A stretch of DNA of 64,000 bases from Octopus sinensis (taxonomy: Eukaryota): positions 12,648,001-12,712,000 of the forward strand of contig NC_043002.1 in the NCBI RefSeq assembly GCF_006345805.1, written 5' to 3'. Positions within the stretch are counted from its first letter, which is position 1. Every line of letters starts with the position of its first letter. This document shows positions 11,116-23,247 of this stretch, piece by piece. The notes under the pieces were generated by a model, which saw nothing but the letters and a program-made list of their open reading frames with translations, was not told where the DNA came from and ran no database searches. Position numbers and translations under genes: made by a program.

Positions 11116-13376
11116 GCACATGCACAGTTGGTCAGTTGCTTCCTGTTCAGCTAGAGTGGACGCGAGTCAACCAGCTCCGTCCAATTAAAGAAAAAAGACC
11201 AAAAACGGAAAGTTGTCGAGGTAAGTGATTTTGTTTATTGTGAGTTGGGCATAATTTATTGCGTACCAATTATTATTTCAGTAAGTTGTGTCCAACTCTG
11301 AGACAATTTCGCCTGCTCTCGGCGGCTGCCGTTTTTGTGTTCATTGAAAAAAAAAAAAATAGAAAAAACATTGGAGGGGCGTATCCTCAGAATTCAATAC
11401 AGTTACTGTTAAAATTACCGTTGGCGGTAGCCAGTGCTGTGTTTGGGTTTGTTGAATTTATTCCCTTGTCAGAGTACTTCGCAAGAAAATTATAAAAATA
11501 AGCCACTATTGGATTACCTTTCGGACCCATTTTTGTGGAGGTTGTGTTGCAGTTGCGGCGTTCCAGGTTCAACCCAGGCTGGGAGTACCGCAAGGCCAGA
11601 ATATTTTTGCTGTGTTTTTTCTGTTTATTAACTTTCTTTTGAACTTCATTTAACCCCTCCTTTTGTTTTTTTTTCTTTATTGCGACTTTCCGTTAATTTC
11701 TTCCCTTCTGTTGTGCTTTCTCCTTTTTGTTTTTTCAAAAATCTATCAAATTTTATTTGGACTTTTGAACTTTTTTCTTCCTGCTTTTTGAGTTTAATTT
11801 GAATAATTTAAAAAAAAAAACATGGCAATGAAAAATAACAAAATTTTGGAGTGGGAAATCATACCACCTAAAAAGTGGTTAAAAGACCGTGAAGATAGGA
11901 CGGTGGTGTTGAGAACCTACTCCAAGGCACTCGACACCATCGCCCTATTCGAAAAGACGGCAATTGAAAAGGAGTTGGAAGAGTATTTGCCAACAATTAA
12001 ATTCATTTCCAGGGGTGTCAAATATGCAACGGTGTGGTTGCTGTTTGACACCCCTGAAGATGCTTGAAAATTTGCTAGCAAACCCCTGGAGGGTAAGGAA
12101 ATCTTATTCCTGCCCACGTACAAAAAAAAGGAATTGATGAAAGCTTGGATCTGCGGACTGCCACCCGACATAGAACCCGAGTGGATAGAGGAGACTATCC
12201 GCCGGGGTCTGGGTGACAGCGAAACTAAGCTCCTCAATGTAAAAGTTCTTCCTGCGGCTGCTTGGGTTGGGTCAAAAGCAATTTTGACCCTGTGGGCCCA
12301 ATCAGCCAATCTGGTTCTTCCAGATTTTTTGAAAATGGCCGGGTGCAGGTACCCGGTGATGCTTGAGGGTCGCCCCCTAAGTGTCATCGGTGCTTGGAGT
12401 CCGGCCACATAAAGAAGAACTGTCCTCGGGAACAAAATAGGATCCCGGAACAGTTAAGTAAAACCCCTCTAGAAGAGGGAACGATAACGGCCGAGAAAGC
12501 AGAGGACTCCTCAAACAGAGGCCGAAAGAGGAAGGTGAGCAACAATGGGTGCTCACCAAAGGATAATAGGGATGAGGAGAGGAAGGCGAATCTTCCAGCC
12601 ACGGAGGAGACGCACCCTCCCTCAGTTGAAAAGGGAAAAAAAAAGAAAAAGAGGAAGAAAAACGGGACATTACCGGCTGTCAGTGTAGCACCGGAATGTC
12701 CCGGAACTACGTCGGTTGGGGTTGTGCCACCGACAAGAGAAGGAATACTGTTGGCGGGAACTGTGCCGCCAACGAAAGAACTGAACGTATTGGTCTTCTT
12801 CTATAGAGGAGGAGAAATTGAAAAAGTGATGGAAGAGCACTACAAGGGAGCACCTTTAGCCTTCACACAGGACCCCGAATGGCCTCCGCAGGTAACTGTG
12901 GAGGCCGTGGCGTTCGACGTGACGCTTGGGCTAAAGGAGCTCAATGAAGATTATAACTTGGTCCCGGGCGACGCGAACTCGGAACTTGATTACGTTCTGA
13001 GGGAGGCGTGGTTGATGGTGGAGGGCGCGGGCACAAGCTATTTCGAGGACGATATGTAATTATTGAACTGTTATTATTAGTAATGGACTTAAGTCCAAAA
13101 ATTGAAAAATTGTAAGAGGATTAATACCTCGTTTTGTATTAATAATGGACTGCTAAGTCCAAAAATTGGAAAAATTGTAAGAGGTTTAATACCTCGTTTT
13201 GTGTTTATCTTTTAAAAAGATCAATGTTTTAGAGAAGCGAAAGTCGGCGGGCGCTTTTTGTCTTCTCCCATCCTTATCATCTTTCTTTCATTATCATTCA
13301 CCTCATTAATGTCCTCGTCCAGCCCGCAAAGCTAACTTAATCTGTGTACTGCCTTTATGGCAAATGTTTTGAAATA
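11116..13376 (+). mobile_element. ORF1-only (gag-like) non-LTR retroelement inserted into a family-b SINE
   Basis: 15-bp TSD AAGTAGCTTGCTAAC at 11101-11115 and 13377-13391; SINE head at 11078-11115 resumes at 13377-13760; no RT sequence inside. Confidence 0.8.
11822..13059 (+). pseudogene. Disrupted LINE ORF1/gag-like protein with CCHC zinc knuckle
   Basis: In-frame TGA at 12065-12067, frameshift near 12375; CHRCLESGHIKKNC (C-x2-C-x4-H-x4-C) at ~12380-12423. Confidence 0.75.
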
Positions 13377-13860
13377 AAGTAGCTTGCTAACCAACCACAT
13401 GTTTCCGGGTTCAGTCCCACTGCGTGGCATCTTGGGCAAGTGTCTTCTGCTATAGCCCCGGGCCGACCAATACCTTGTGAGTGGATTTGGTAGACGGAAA
13501 CTGAAAGAAGCCTGTCGTATATATGTATATATATATATATGTATGTATGTGTGTGTTTGTGGGTCTGTGTTTGTTCCCCTAGCATTGCTTGACAACCGAT
13601 GCTGGTGTGTTTACGTCCACGTCACTTAGCAAAAAGAGACCGATAGAATAAGTACTGGGCTTAGAAACAGAATAAGTCCCGGGATCGAGTTGCTCGACTA
13701 AAGGCGGTGCTCCAGCATGGCCGCAGTCACATGACTGAAACAAGTAAAAGAGTAAAAGAGTATCAGAATAAGAACGACTACAATGCTATAGGAATGGGAT
13801 CATAGTATCACTGTAATAGACTGGTTTTAGAATCTAAATAGCCAGATTTCACGGGAGGGC

Positions 13861-14598
13861 TGCAATCAGAAAACCACACCTTTCAAAAACAAACGTTGCA
13901 ATGTGTTTAGAGTGGAGTAAAAACCTACAGAATTGGTCCCTAGAGCAGTGGAAGAATGTTATTTTCTCGGACGAGTTAACGTTCTTTCCGATCACCGGCC
14001 GAGTACACATGTGGAGACAGCCAAAAGAAGCATTTGACCCAGACTGCTTTCTTCCACCTGTTAAACATGGAGGAGGGTCTGTGATAATCTGGGGTGAGGG
14101 GGTTTATCTTAGAAATCCGCCGGTCCAATGGTTTCCCTTCATGGCAGAATTAATAGTCAAGACTATTTAAGTATTTTATCTGATCAAATTCATCCTATGT
14201 TTGCGGAACTGTTTCCAGAGGGAAATGCAATAATTCAGGATGATAATGCACCAATTCACACAGTCAAAGTTGTTACCGAATGGAACGAGGGACATTCTAG
14301 TGAAGTTGAACATCTTATCTGGCCACTACAGTCCCCGGATCTCAATATTATTGAACATTTACGTTGCATTTAAAAAAAAAAACAACTAAGGAGTCGATAT
14401 CCTCCACCATCATCACTACAAGAACTGGAGACTGATTTAGCAGAAGTGGAGACAAAATTTCCTTTGGAAACAATTCAAACTTTGTACGAGTCCATACCTC
14501 GTAGAATCCAAGATGTAATTACTGTCAAAGGCGGTCCTACCCTATATTAAAATAAATTTGTGTGAAATTTTAAGGTATTTCCATTATTTTGTTCAACC

Positions 14599-14602
<4 letters not shown>
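13861..14602 (+). mobile_element. Tc1-family transposon, 5'-truncated and frameshifted
   Basis: Motifs FSDE, VKHGGGSVIIWG, QDDNAPIH, WPLQSPDLNIIEHL; right TIR ends ...CTCTG followed by TA. Confidence 0.85.
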
Positions 14603-14674
<72 letters not shown>

Positions 14675-15329
14675 TGTATATATATGTGTGTATATATGTG
14701 CGTGTATGTATATATATATATATATCTATGTGTGTGTGTATATATATATAAATGTATGTGTGTGTGTATATATATATAAATGTATATATGTGCGTATATA
14801 TATGTATGTATGTATAAGGCACATGAATAGTATTTAAATATTTGTTATTTTGTTACATGCCTAATTTACAGCATAAACGGTGTCTATATATATGGCTTCC
14901 GTAGTTTCATAATTTCACAATTCTAAGCAATTTTGGATTAGTTTGGGGAAAAAAAATTCTTAGTATGTTACATAATGTAATACCTCTCCAGAATACACTA
15001 CCTATTAGTTACAATATATCACATAAATTATTGTTTGTTTATAAAATATCATTCTTGCACTTAATGGTGTATATTTCAATAGAATTGTTTGGCAGATGTT
15101 GTTCCAATAAAGTTTACTGTTTTTACTGTCGAATCTATATTTCCAGCAGGAATATACCGAACGTTCTCAACTCTATTCTAAATGCATATTTGTTTGATAA
15201 GGAATTCTAAACTAAAGTATATTCAAACTTCTATATAATAACAAATATAAAATGAGCTGTGTTGTATGGATTCTTTATTTATTTAATATATAAAATATAC
15301 TTTGATATATATAATATATTATATTCAGT

Positions 15330-15702
15330 GGAGGCGCAATGGCCCAGTGGTTAGGGCAGCGGACTCGCGGTCATAGGATCGCGGTTTCGATTCCCAGACC
15401 GGGCGTTGTGAGTGTTTATTGAGCGAAAACACCTAAAGCTCCACGAGACTCCGGCAGGGGATGGTGGTGATCCCTGCTGTACTCTTTCACCACAACTTTC
15501 TCTTACTTCCTGTTTCTGTTGAACCTGTATTTCAAAGGGCCGGCCTTGTCACTCTCTGTGTCACGCTGAATATCCCCGAGAACACGTTAAGGGTACACGT
15601 GTCTGTGGAGTGCTCAGCCACTTACACGTTAATTTCACGAGCAGGCTGTTCCGTTGATCGGATCAACCGGAACCCTCATCGTCGTAACCGACGGAGTGCT
15701 CC
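15330..15702 (+). mobile_element. tRNA-derived SINE (family c)
   Basis: ggaggcgcaatggcccagtggttagg head, GGTTTCGATTCC B box; copies at ~16760-17070(-), 17200-17490, 20406-20720, 32340-32555(-), 41367-41730, 47150-47345(-), 60230-60590. Confidence 0.85.
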
Positions 15703-15849
15703 TAATTCAATATATTTAATATAGCGTTTACAATATAATTTTCATGTAAGATGTGAGTTACTGAGAGTTCAAATATATACTAAGCCACCTCGAATTAAAC
15801 AAACTATAGAAGGGGATACCTGGAGTTTTGAGACAAATGAATGCAAAAG

Positions 15850-16330
15850 TCCGATATCCTTCTGCGTAGGATCCTGTAACTTCAATGAACCTGTTTCAAC
15901 ATTTCAGCCACTCCGTGAAGGCCCGTTGAATTCCTTCAAAGTGAAGGTGTCCCCTCATCTTCTCTCTCAGCTTGAGGAACAGTCAAAACTCACAGGGTCC
16001 AATGCCTGAAATGGAGAGCGGGTGAGGGAGTTTTGATGCCTATTTCTTTCAAATAATTGGTTACCAGGATGGAATTGTAACCAGCTGTATTGTGCTGGTG
16101 CAAGTGCGCTGGCCTTTTGCCACGAAATATTCCCTTGAACTCCCTCCAAAACTTCCACAAATTACTCTTTCTTGACCGTCAGACCAGGGAGGACCCAGTG
16201 GTTGAAGATGATGCCATTGCTATAAAAAAAAGAGGAACATGATGGTGATAATGATGACCTTCCCGGCCGGCTTGCTTTGCTTGGCCTTCTTGTAGTTCAA
16301 TGCACAACAAACTTCCAGATTGTCTTCATG
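15850..16330 (-). mobile_element. Degenerate mariner-type transposase fragment
   Basis: Reverse translation with stops and frameshifts: KKAKQSK-AGKVII...NGIIFNHWVLPGLTV...HQHNTAG-NSILVTNYLKEIGIKTLPHP...PCEF*LFLKL. Confidence 0.65.
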
Positions 16331-17875
16331 TCCCGTTTGCATTCTTCAAATTAGTTGACTCAGCGGAATTTGAACTCAGAACAAAGTGCTGAAATAAAAA
16401 CCGCTAAGCATTTTGTGTGACGCGCTAATGATTAAGTTAACGCGCCTATTTCACCCTTATCACTATTGATAGATTATTGATCAATTTTGCTCGGGCTGAA
16501 TCTTTTGCACTAAAAGTTTTGATAGATTTTCCCCCCAGCATTGGTTGTCAACGTGACGTTTTTGTTGGTAACAATTATACCCACGTTAGGATTCTCTTCA
16601 AGAACACATTTGTAAATTATCAAATACCTATTTCTTTACTACCCACAAAGGGCTAAACACAGAGGGGACAAACAAGGACAGACAAACGGATCAAGTCGAT
16701 TACATCGACCCAGTGCGCAACTGGTACTTAATTTATCTTAATTTATAGAGTAGAAAAGAATATGTTTGTTTCTTCTCGAGCCATGCCTGGCTCATAAGGG
16801 CCGGTTTCCCAGTTTCTTTGGAGTATAGGTTCCCCACCTGGACGGGACGCCGGTCCGTCGCAAGTGAGCTGCAAGATGCAGGAAGAAAGAGTGAGAGAAA
16901 GGTGTGGCGAAAGAGTCAGCAGAAGTTCGCCATTACCTTCTGCCGGAGCCGCGTGTAGCTTAGGTGTTTCGCTCATAAATACACACATCGTCCGGTTTGA
17001 GATTCGAACCTGTGATCCCTCAACCGCGAGTCCGCTGCTCTAATCACTAGGCCATGTGTCTCCACAGAAAAGAATATAACATGATAAATAACTTTAAATA
17101 AATTCCACTTTCTATGCACAAATAGTAATTTAATTTTACTGTATACATTCCGGTTCAGAAGCTCAAAACTAGAATAAAATCCGAGTGATGTTGAGGAAGT
17201 GGAGTTACATGGCCTAGTGGTTAGAGCAGCGGACTCGCGGTCGAGGGATCGTGGGTTCGAATCTCAGACCGGGCGATTTGTGTGTTCATGAGCGAAACAT
17301 CTAAGCTCCACGCGTCTCCGGCTGACTCTTTCGCCACAACTTTCTCTCACTCTTTTCTCTTCTGCATCTTGCAGCTCACCTGCGACTGACCGGCGTCCGC
17401 ACCATGTGGGGAACCAATACGCCAAGGAAGCCGGGAAACCGGCCCTTATGAGCCAGGCATGGCTCGAGAAGGAACAAACGAAACAAACGATGTTGAGGAA
17501 AATGTTAGCAATGTGTATTTTAACTGATCCTGACAACATTATGTGGTATCCGAAAATTCGGTGCCTGTTAACTACAGTGCACTGAATATAGGCAACGGTA
17601 TGGCTTTGATGTTCAGAGGCCTAACAACAACGACGTGGTTTCGGGTTAGTTCGACTTTGAGTGAATTTCTTAGAGGGAAGCTATCTAGGAACTCCTTTCG
17701 GTATTCATGCATACATACATACATACATACATACATACATAACATACATACATATTTGTCTGTCTTAACTACATCCCAGGGATGGAGCCTTGTATCGTTA
17801 TTGGAAACCGGCTCCCTTCTACAGCTATGAGATAATAATATTACTGTAATAGATTGGTTTTAGAATTTAAAGGAT

Positions 17876-18060
17876 AAACACAAGGCCAGATTTACACAGT
17901 TTGATGTTATAGATTTTTGTCCCTTAATATCGAGGTTGCTGCTTGAAAAGGTGAATCTGTTCGCAAAAACATATATTGATACGGATTACAGAGATCTGAA
18001 CTTTATCATGCATTTAATAAGGGCTCGTGATTTCTCTTGTATCAGCGTTCTGAATAGACT
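17876..18060 (+). mobile_element. Penelope-like RT fragment, highly decayed
   Basis: KARFTQFDVIDFCPLISRLLLEKVNLFA resembles the PLE RT 'FDI.DFYPSIS..LL..A..FA' motif. Confidence 0.5.
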
Positions 18061-18246
18061 ATGTGCTCAGGGGCCGTAGATTACTTGGAGATGCAAGGCG
18101 TGTTATAAAAACGTGCCTAGACATATGTCTCCAAAGCCAGAAACTATTAGTAGTTCGTATTTTTAGACGGAGTGTATTAAATGATAATTTATCGGTCACT
18201 GGATGGCGAGCGTTTTTTTAGGTGATCTTGCCTTAAAGGAACAGTA

Positions 18247-18280
<34 letters not shown>

Positions 18281-18287
<7 letters not shown>

Positions 18288-18501
18288 TATTTGAGACAAA
18301 ACCACTATTTTGCAAAACAAACAAGGAAAGACTTAATCATAATTTGTAACTGAATTATTGGAAGTCCACCTGAAGATTGTCGATCAAGACAAGAAACGAT
18401 TGTAGTGGCGGTTTTTTTGACTATTTATTAAATTTTATGTATTGATTAAGTCTTTCCTTGTTTGTTTTGCAAAATAGTGGTTTTGTCTCAAATAATATTT
18501 T
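18281..18501. mobile_element. Palindromic Penelope-pLTR-like element with a central hammerhead motif
   Basis: Perfect 59-bp inverted repeat 18281-18339 / 18443-18501; hammerhead at 18366-18408; a collapsed copy lies at ~40260-40340. Confidence 0.7.
18366..18408 (+). ncRNA. Type-I hammerhead ribozyme motif
   Basis: CCAC CTGAAGA TTGTC-GATCAA-GACAA GAAAC GATT GTA GTGG; all three stems pair. Confidence 0.75.
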
Positions 18502-18584
18502 ATAATATTTTACTATAAAATTGGATTTAATCCTAAATCTGATTTTTTTTCCCTGTAAATTTGGATATATTCCCTAATATTTAT

Positions 18585-18834
<250 letters not shown>

Positions 18835-18844
18835 TATAAATATA

Positions 18845-19445
18845 TACATAATTATAATCAGGGATCAGCTAAGTGCCTCGCCACATTCTGATTTAGAATT
18901 AAACACCAATGTCTTTTGAACTACCATAAAAATCTCCGAGACAATAACACACATTTTTATGTATGTAAAAAGAAAAATGATGAATCCACACGACTTCAGT
19001 TAACTGCAGACGCGTTTCGAATTTAAAGTAAATTATATTCACTTATTATTCTCCTCAGTGTGGTACTCCGAGTTATAAATTTGCGAGTGTTAGGATTAAA
19101 TATTTTACACGATCAAGCGTCATCGCATAACTAATATTCAACCGCACTCCCCATAATATACGGCCGAATGTGATACATATTTATCCTTTATACCTATGTG
19201 TGTGCTACTACCTACCCCGCAGAAAAACTACAGTATAGATCATGGAGTAAAGTATAATTTTAATAATAATATAGGGTAAAATGAATGAATGAATTAATTG
19301 ATAATAATTAATAATAATAATACCTAAACAGTGTGTTATTGACTCGGAGATTTTCATGATAGTTGAAAAGCCATTAGCGTCTATTTCTAATTCAGTACGT
19401 TGCGAAGCATTTAGCTGACTCCTGATTATAATTATGTATATAATT
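18845..19445. mobile_element. Degenerate inverted-repeat element (pLTR-like) with a minus-strand hammerhead at 19004-19063
   Basis: Arms ~18845-18960 and ~19325-19445 are imperfect reverse complements; minus-strand CTGAGGA GAAT...ATTC GAAAC GC GTC. Confidence 0.55.
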
Positions 19446-22400
19446 ATAGAATATTTTGTATAATTCACCTAAAAAGGTTTTTAATGTACCGACTACTTGG
19501 TAAAATTATTAATTAATTAGTTAATTAAATTTACACTATATATATAAACTATCACTCCGTCGGTTGCGACGATCAGAGTTCCAGTTGATCCCAACGATGG
19601 CATTATCGTGAAATTACCGGGGATGTTGCTGAGCATTCCATAAACATGCATACCCTTATCGTAGTTTCTTTGAAAGAATTTCTTAGCAGAAAATTCCTAC
19701 ATACATAAATAAATATTTGTCTGTGCTAAATACATCCCAAATATGGAGCCTTGTATCTTTGTTGAAAACCGGCTCCCTCCTCAGTGGAAGATTTATAATT
19801 ATTAGAAAATAGAAGATACACGCATACACAAACACACCCCTCCACACACACACATAGACATAGACACGTTTCTGTGTATTAACACGGCAATCAAGGATTT
19901 CATGTGGAAAGTATCTCTAGAATTTTTTCAGACAATCATTTGAAAGTTAATCGTCTCAGTTGTTATCTCCCTTGCACTGGCCCTGGAATGTTGCAATAAT
20001 TTGCGTTCGCTACAGATTAGTAAATTCTTTAATTATCTTAAGCGTCCAAAATCTATGAAATCACCAAACTGATTATAAGCTCAAGCTCAGGTATCAAAAC
20101 ACACACACACACACATGGTAATTAAGGAATTAGTAATTAATGCTGAACGCATATAATTGCAAAACCCCATGGTCAATGCAGAGGAGGTAAAAATTGCTAT
20201 GGGTTAGCTCCCCTGATCTGTATATTTATTTCGAAATCCTGCGTAACCTTGCGTAGTTTCATGTCTTCTCAAACGAAACGGACGTTATTACCAGTTTCAT
20301 TATTTATCCATAAATAATTGATATTTATTCACCAATGCGGTGTTGAGTATTCATTCTCAGATTTCGATACTAACGACTATATATATGTAAGTGTGTGTGT
20401 GTGTGTGGAGGTACAATGGCCCAGTGGTTAAGGCAGTGGTCGTGAGATCGCGGTTTCGATTCCCAGACCGGTCATTGTCAGAGTTTATTGAGCGAAAGCA
20501 CCTAAAGCTCCACGAGGCTCCAGCAGGGAGTGGTGGCGAATCCTGCTGTACTCTTTCACCATAACTTTCTCTCACTCTTTCTTCGTGTTTCTGTTGTACT
20601 TGTATTTCAAAGGGTTAGCTTTGTCACACTGAATCTCCCCATTTACACGTTACTTTCCCGAGCAGGCTGTTCCGTTGATCGGATCAACTGGAACCCTTGT
20701 CGTAGTAACCGATGGAGTGCCACGACATGTGTGTGTGTGTGTGCTTGTTAGTTTGTTTGCACATCCGTGACCTAGCGGTTCGGCTCCAAGACTAATAGGA
20801 AAAGCATCAAACATAAGTCGATGTTTTTGACGAAAATCCCTCGAAGGCGCTGACCCACCATAGTCGCAGCCCAATGACTGAAAGCAGTGTTATAGAACTT
20901 ACAAGCTGTAATCAAAAAGTATCCAACCTTTTTTTTTAATATTATGCGCAAAATAACAAAGCGTGAGCAAAATCTGCATGGGTATGCACAAAGATTTTCC
21001 TCTGCAGTGATGTGTTGGGTACAGCCGTGAAGTGTGCTGTGAGATTTTTTTTCGTCAAATTTTTCAAAAATATTACTTGTTTTTTTAGCCAAAAGTCGGA
21101 TCACTTTTGTCTACACCTAGTATTTGTAAATTTATTGGAATTTATAAATATTATGCACTAAAATGTTTCAGAATTCAAAAGTTAAAGAAATGGACGAAAT
21201 TCAGTTTTGCAGTTTTAAAGAACTTTATTTTTCACAAACAAGCATTTCTAAAAGTCGTACTGGTTACAGAGAACAGCCTTGCGATCATTGCTGATCTTGA
21301 AACGCAATTCTGAAATATACAAAATATGAATATATATATAGATATAAAAAAGATATAAAAATGCTTTAAAAAATCTAGAAGTTAATCTTATCTTCCAAAA
21401 ATAAATCCTTGTAGATAAAAGACTTAAATTACAAAATTGCGATCAAGTGTCTATAGAATTTGCATAATTTACTATTTTTCTTTAGCCCTGGGACACATCG
21501 GAACGCTTAATAAATTACCATGGCATATTACTGACGAAGATCACAACATTCCATATGAACGTGACTTTGGTCCATCACAGTATATAAGGCCAGCAATTTC
21601 CGATGACGATACAAGCCGATACCAATAACACCACTTTATATTCATTTCTTTACTGCCCACAAGGCGCTATACACAGAGGGGACAGACAAACGGATTAAGT
21701 ATATTATATCGACCCCAGCGCGTAACTGGTACTTATTTAATCGATACCGAAAGAATGAAAGGCACAGTCGACCTCGGCGGAATTTGAACTCAGAACGTAG
21801 CGGCAGACGAAATACCTATTTCTTTACTACCCACAAGGGGCTAAACACGGAAGGGACAAACAAGGACAGACAAACGGATTAAGTCGATTATATCGACCCC
21901 GGTGCGTAACTGGTACTTATTTAATCGACCCCGAAAGGATGAAAGGCAAAGTCGACCTCGGCAGAATTTGAACTCAGAACGCAGCGGCAGACGAAATACT
22001 GCTAAGCATTTCACCCGGCGTGCTAACGATTCTGCCACCTCGCCGCCTTACATAATCTTTTCTACTATAGGAACAAGGCTTGCAATTTTGTGGAGGGGAC
22101 TAGTAGATTGCGTGAACCACAGTATTTCACTGGTACTTATTTTATCGACCTCGAAAGGATGAAAGGGTGAAGTTATACTCGGCGGAATTCGAACTCGAGT
22201 ATAAACAGCCGGAACAAACAAAGCTAAGCATTTTATCCGACGCTCTAAAGGGATTGATAACTCACCGTTTTAGACGGTTTCAAATTTTGATAGAAGGCGA
22301 ATCATAGAGGAGTTAATGTTTGTCCAATTTCCGTCTCATCTGTCAAAAACATTCTGACTGTTTTACTATTACTATGGCCGCTAGGACTTTAGATTTTTCT

Positions 22401-22471
22401 GTAATGCGATAATTTAGAAATAAACGTGTCAAACGAAATATGATAAAAGGAAATATAAAGAAGTTACTTAC

Positions 22472-22651
22472 ATTGGTTTTGACAATATGGCGGACGAATT
22501 TCGCTACATCTTTGAGTTTGGGGGTCAAAGTAAAGATTTAATTGACACGGCATGGAAGGGTATGAGGTACGCTTGAAACAGGGAATATACCTGTGGCAGT
22601 CACTAGGGTCACGGTTCATCCCGTCTGGGTATTGGTTACAGAGAGGATCAT
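22472..22651 (-). CDS. Chitin-binding protein gene B, exon 2 (CBM14 domain 2)
   Basis: Acceptor ttttctcttcag|AT GAT; DPLCNQYPDGMNRDPSDCHRYIPCFKRTSYPSMPCQLNLYFDPQTQRCSEIRPPYCQNQ; 180 nt; missed by the ORF track because it lacks a start codon. Confidence 0.88.
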
Positions 22652-23247
22652 CTGAAGAGAAAATGTTTTAATAAAGTTTTAATGCAAGCGCGATAATTAA
22701 TTTTGGTCATATCTTGATTTTTAGAAAATGTAGTCACAAGGACCATATATTATGAAATAGTATCAAATGATACAATATATACATCAGTTCACATATATAC
22801 AAATGCAGATATATATTACTTCCGGTTTTCGTAGAGGAAAGACGCGTTTGCTTTTGCTCTGTGAAAAAAACAAGAAGATTTGCATAAATCGACGAAATAA
22901 TCTACTAAAACTAACAAAACGTAGAACTTGTTAACTCATAACGATCTACTAAAATACGTTAATTAAAAATATATTAATTAAAAACGTAATATATTTCGCT
23001 TGAAGCCAAATATAATACATTAAAGTTAGTTACGCATGCTAGATTCTTCGCCGAAAAAGCACGTTGTGGCAAGTCTTTAACTTATCTCCAACCAAATGTA
23101 AGAAGGAAAAAGAATTGTTCTCTTTTCTGTTTTGAAAGAAAACTTCTTCGTACAAGCACGAAGGTTTGGACTGTTCCTTTTACGATAAGTAACGTTTTCA
23201 TATTTTTGTTTATTATTTTTTATTTTCCTTTAATGTAAGCTAACATC

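Noticed and set aside
15330-15400. tRNA-like sequences with A and B boxes
   Set aside because: They continue into SINE bodies and lack a complete acceptor stem, so they are not called tRNA genes
21486-21628. Plus-strand acceptor-led ORF (LGHIGTLNKLPWH...RYQ*), also at 42399-42541 and 61382-61506 with an in-frame 18-nt deletion
   Set aside because: All six B/C substitutions are non-synonymous with no recognisable domain or upstream partner exon; conservation is explained by the recent duplication, and an in-frame deletion has a 1-in-3 chance
21650-22250. Directly repeated ~150-bp units resembling a regular array
   Set aside because: These are nested or tandem SINE copies, not CRISPR or satellite; lengths and spacers are irregular and the DNA is eukaryotic
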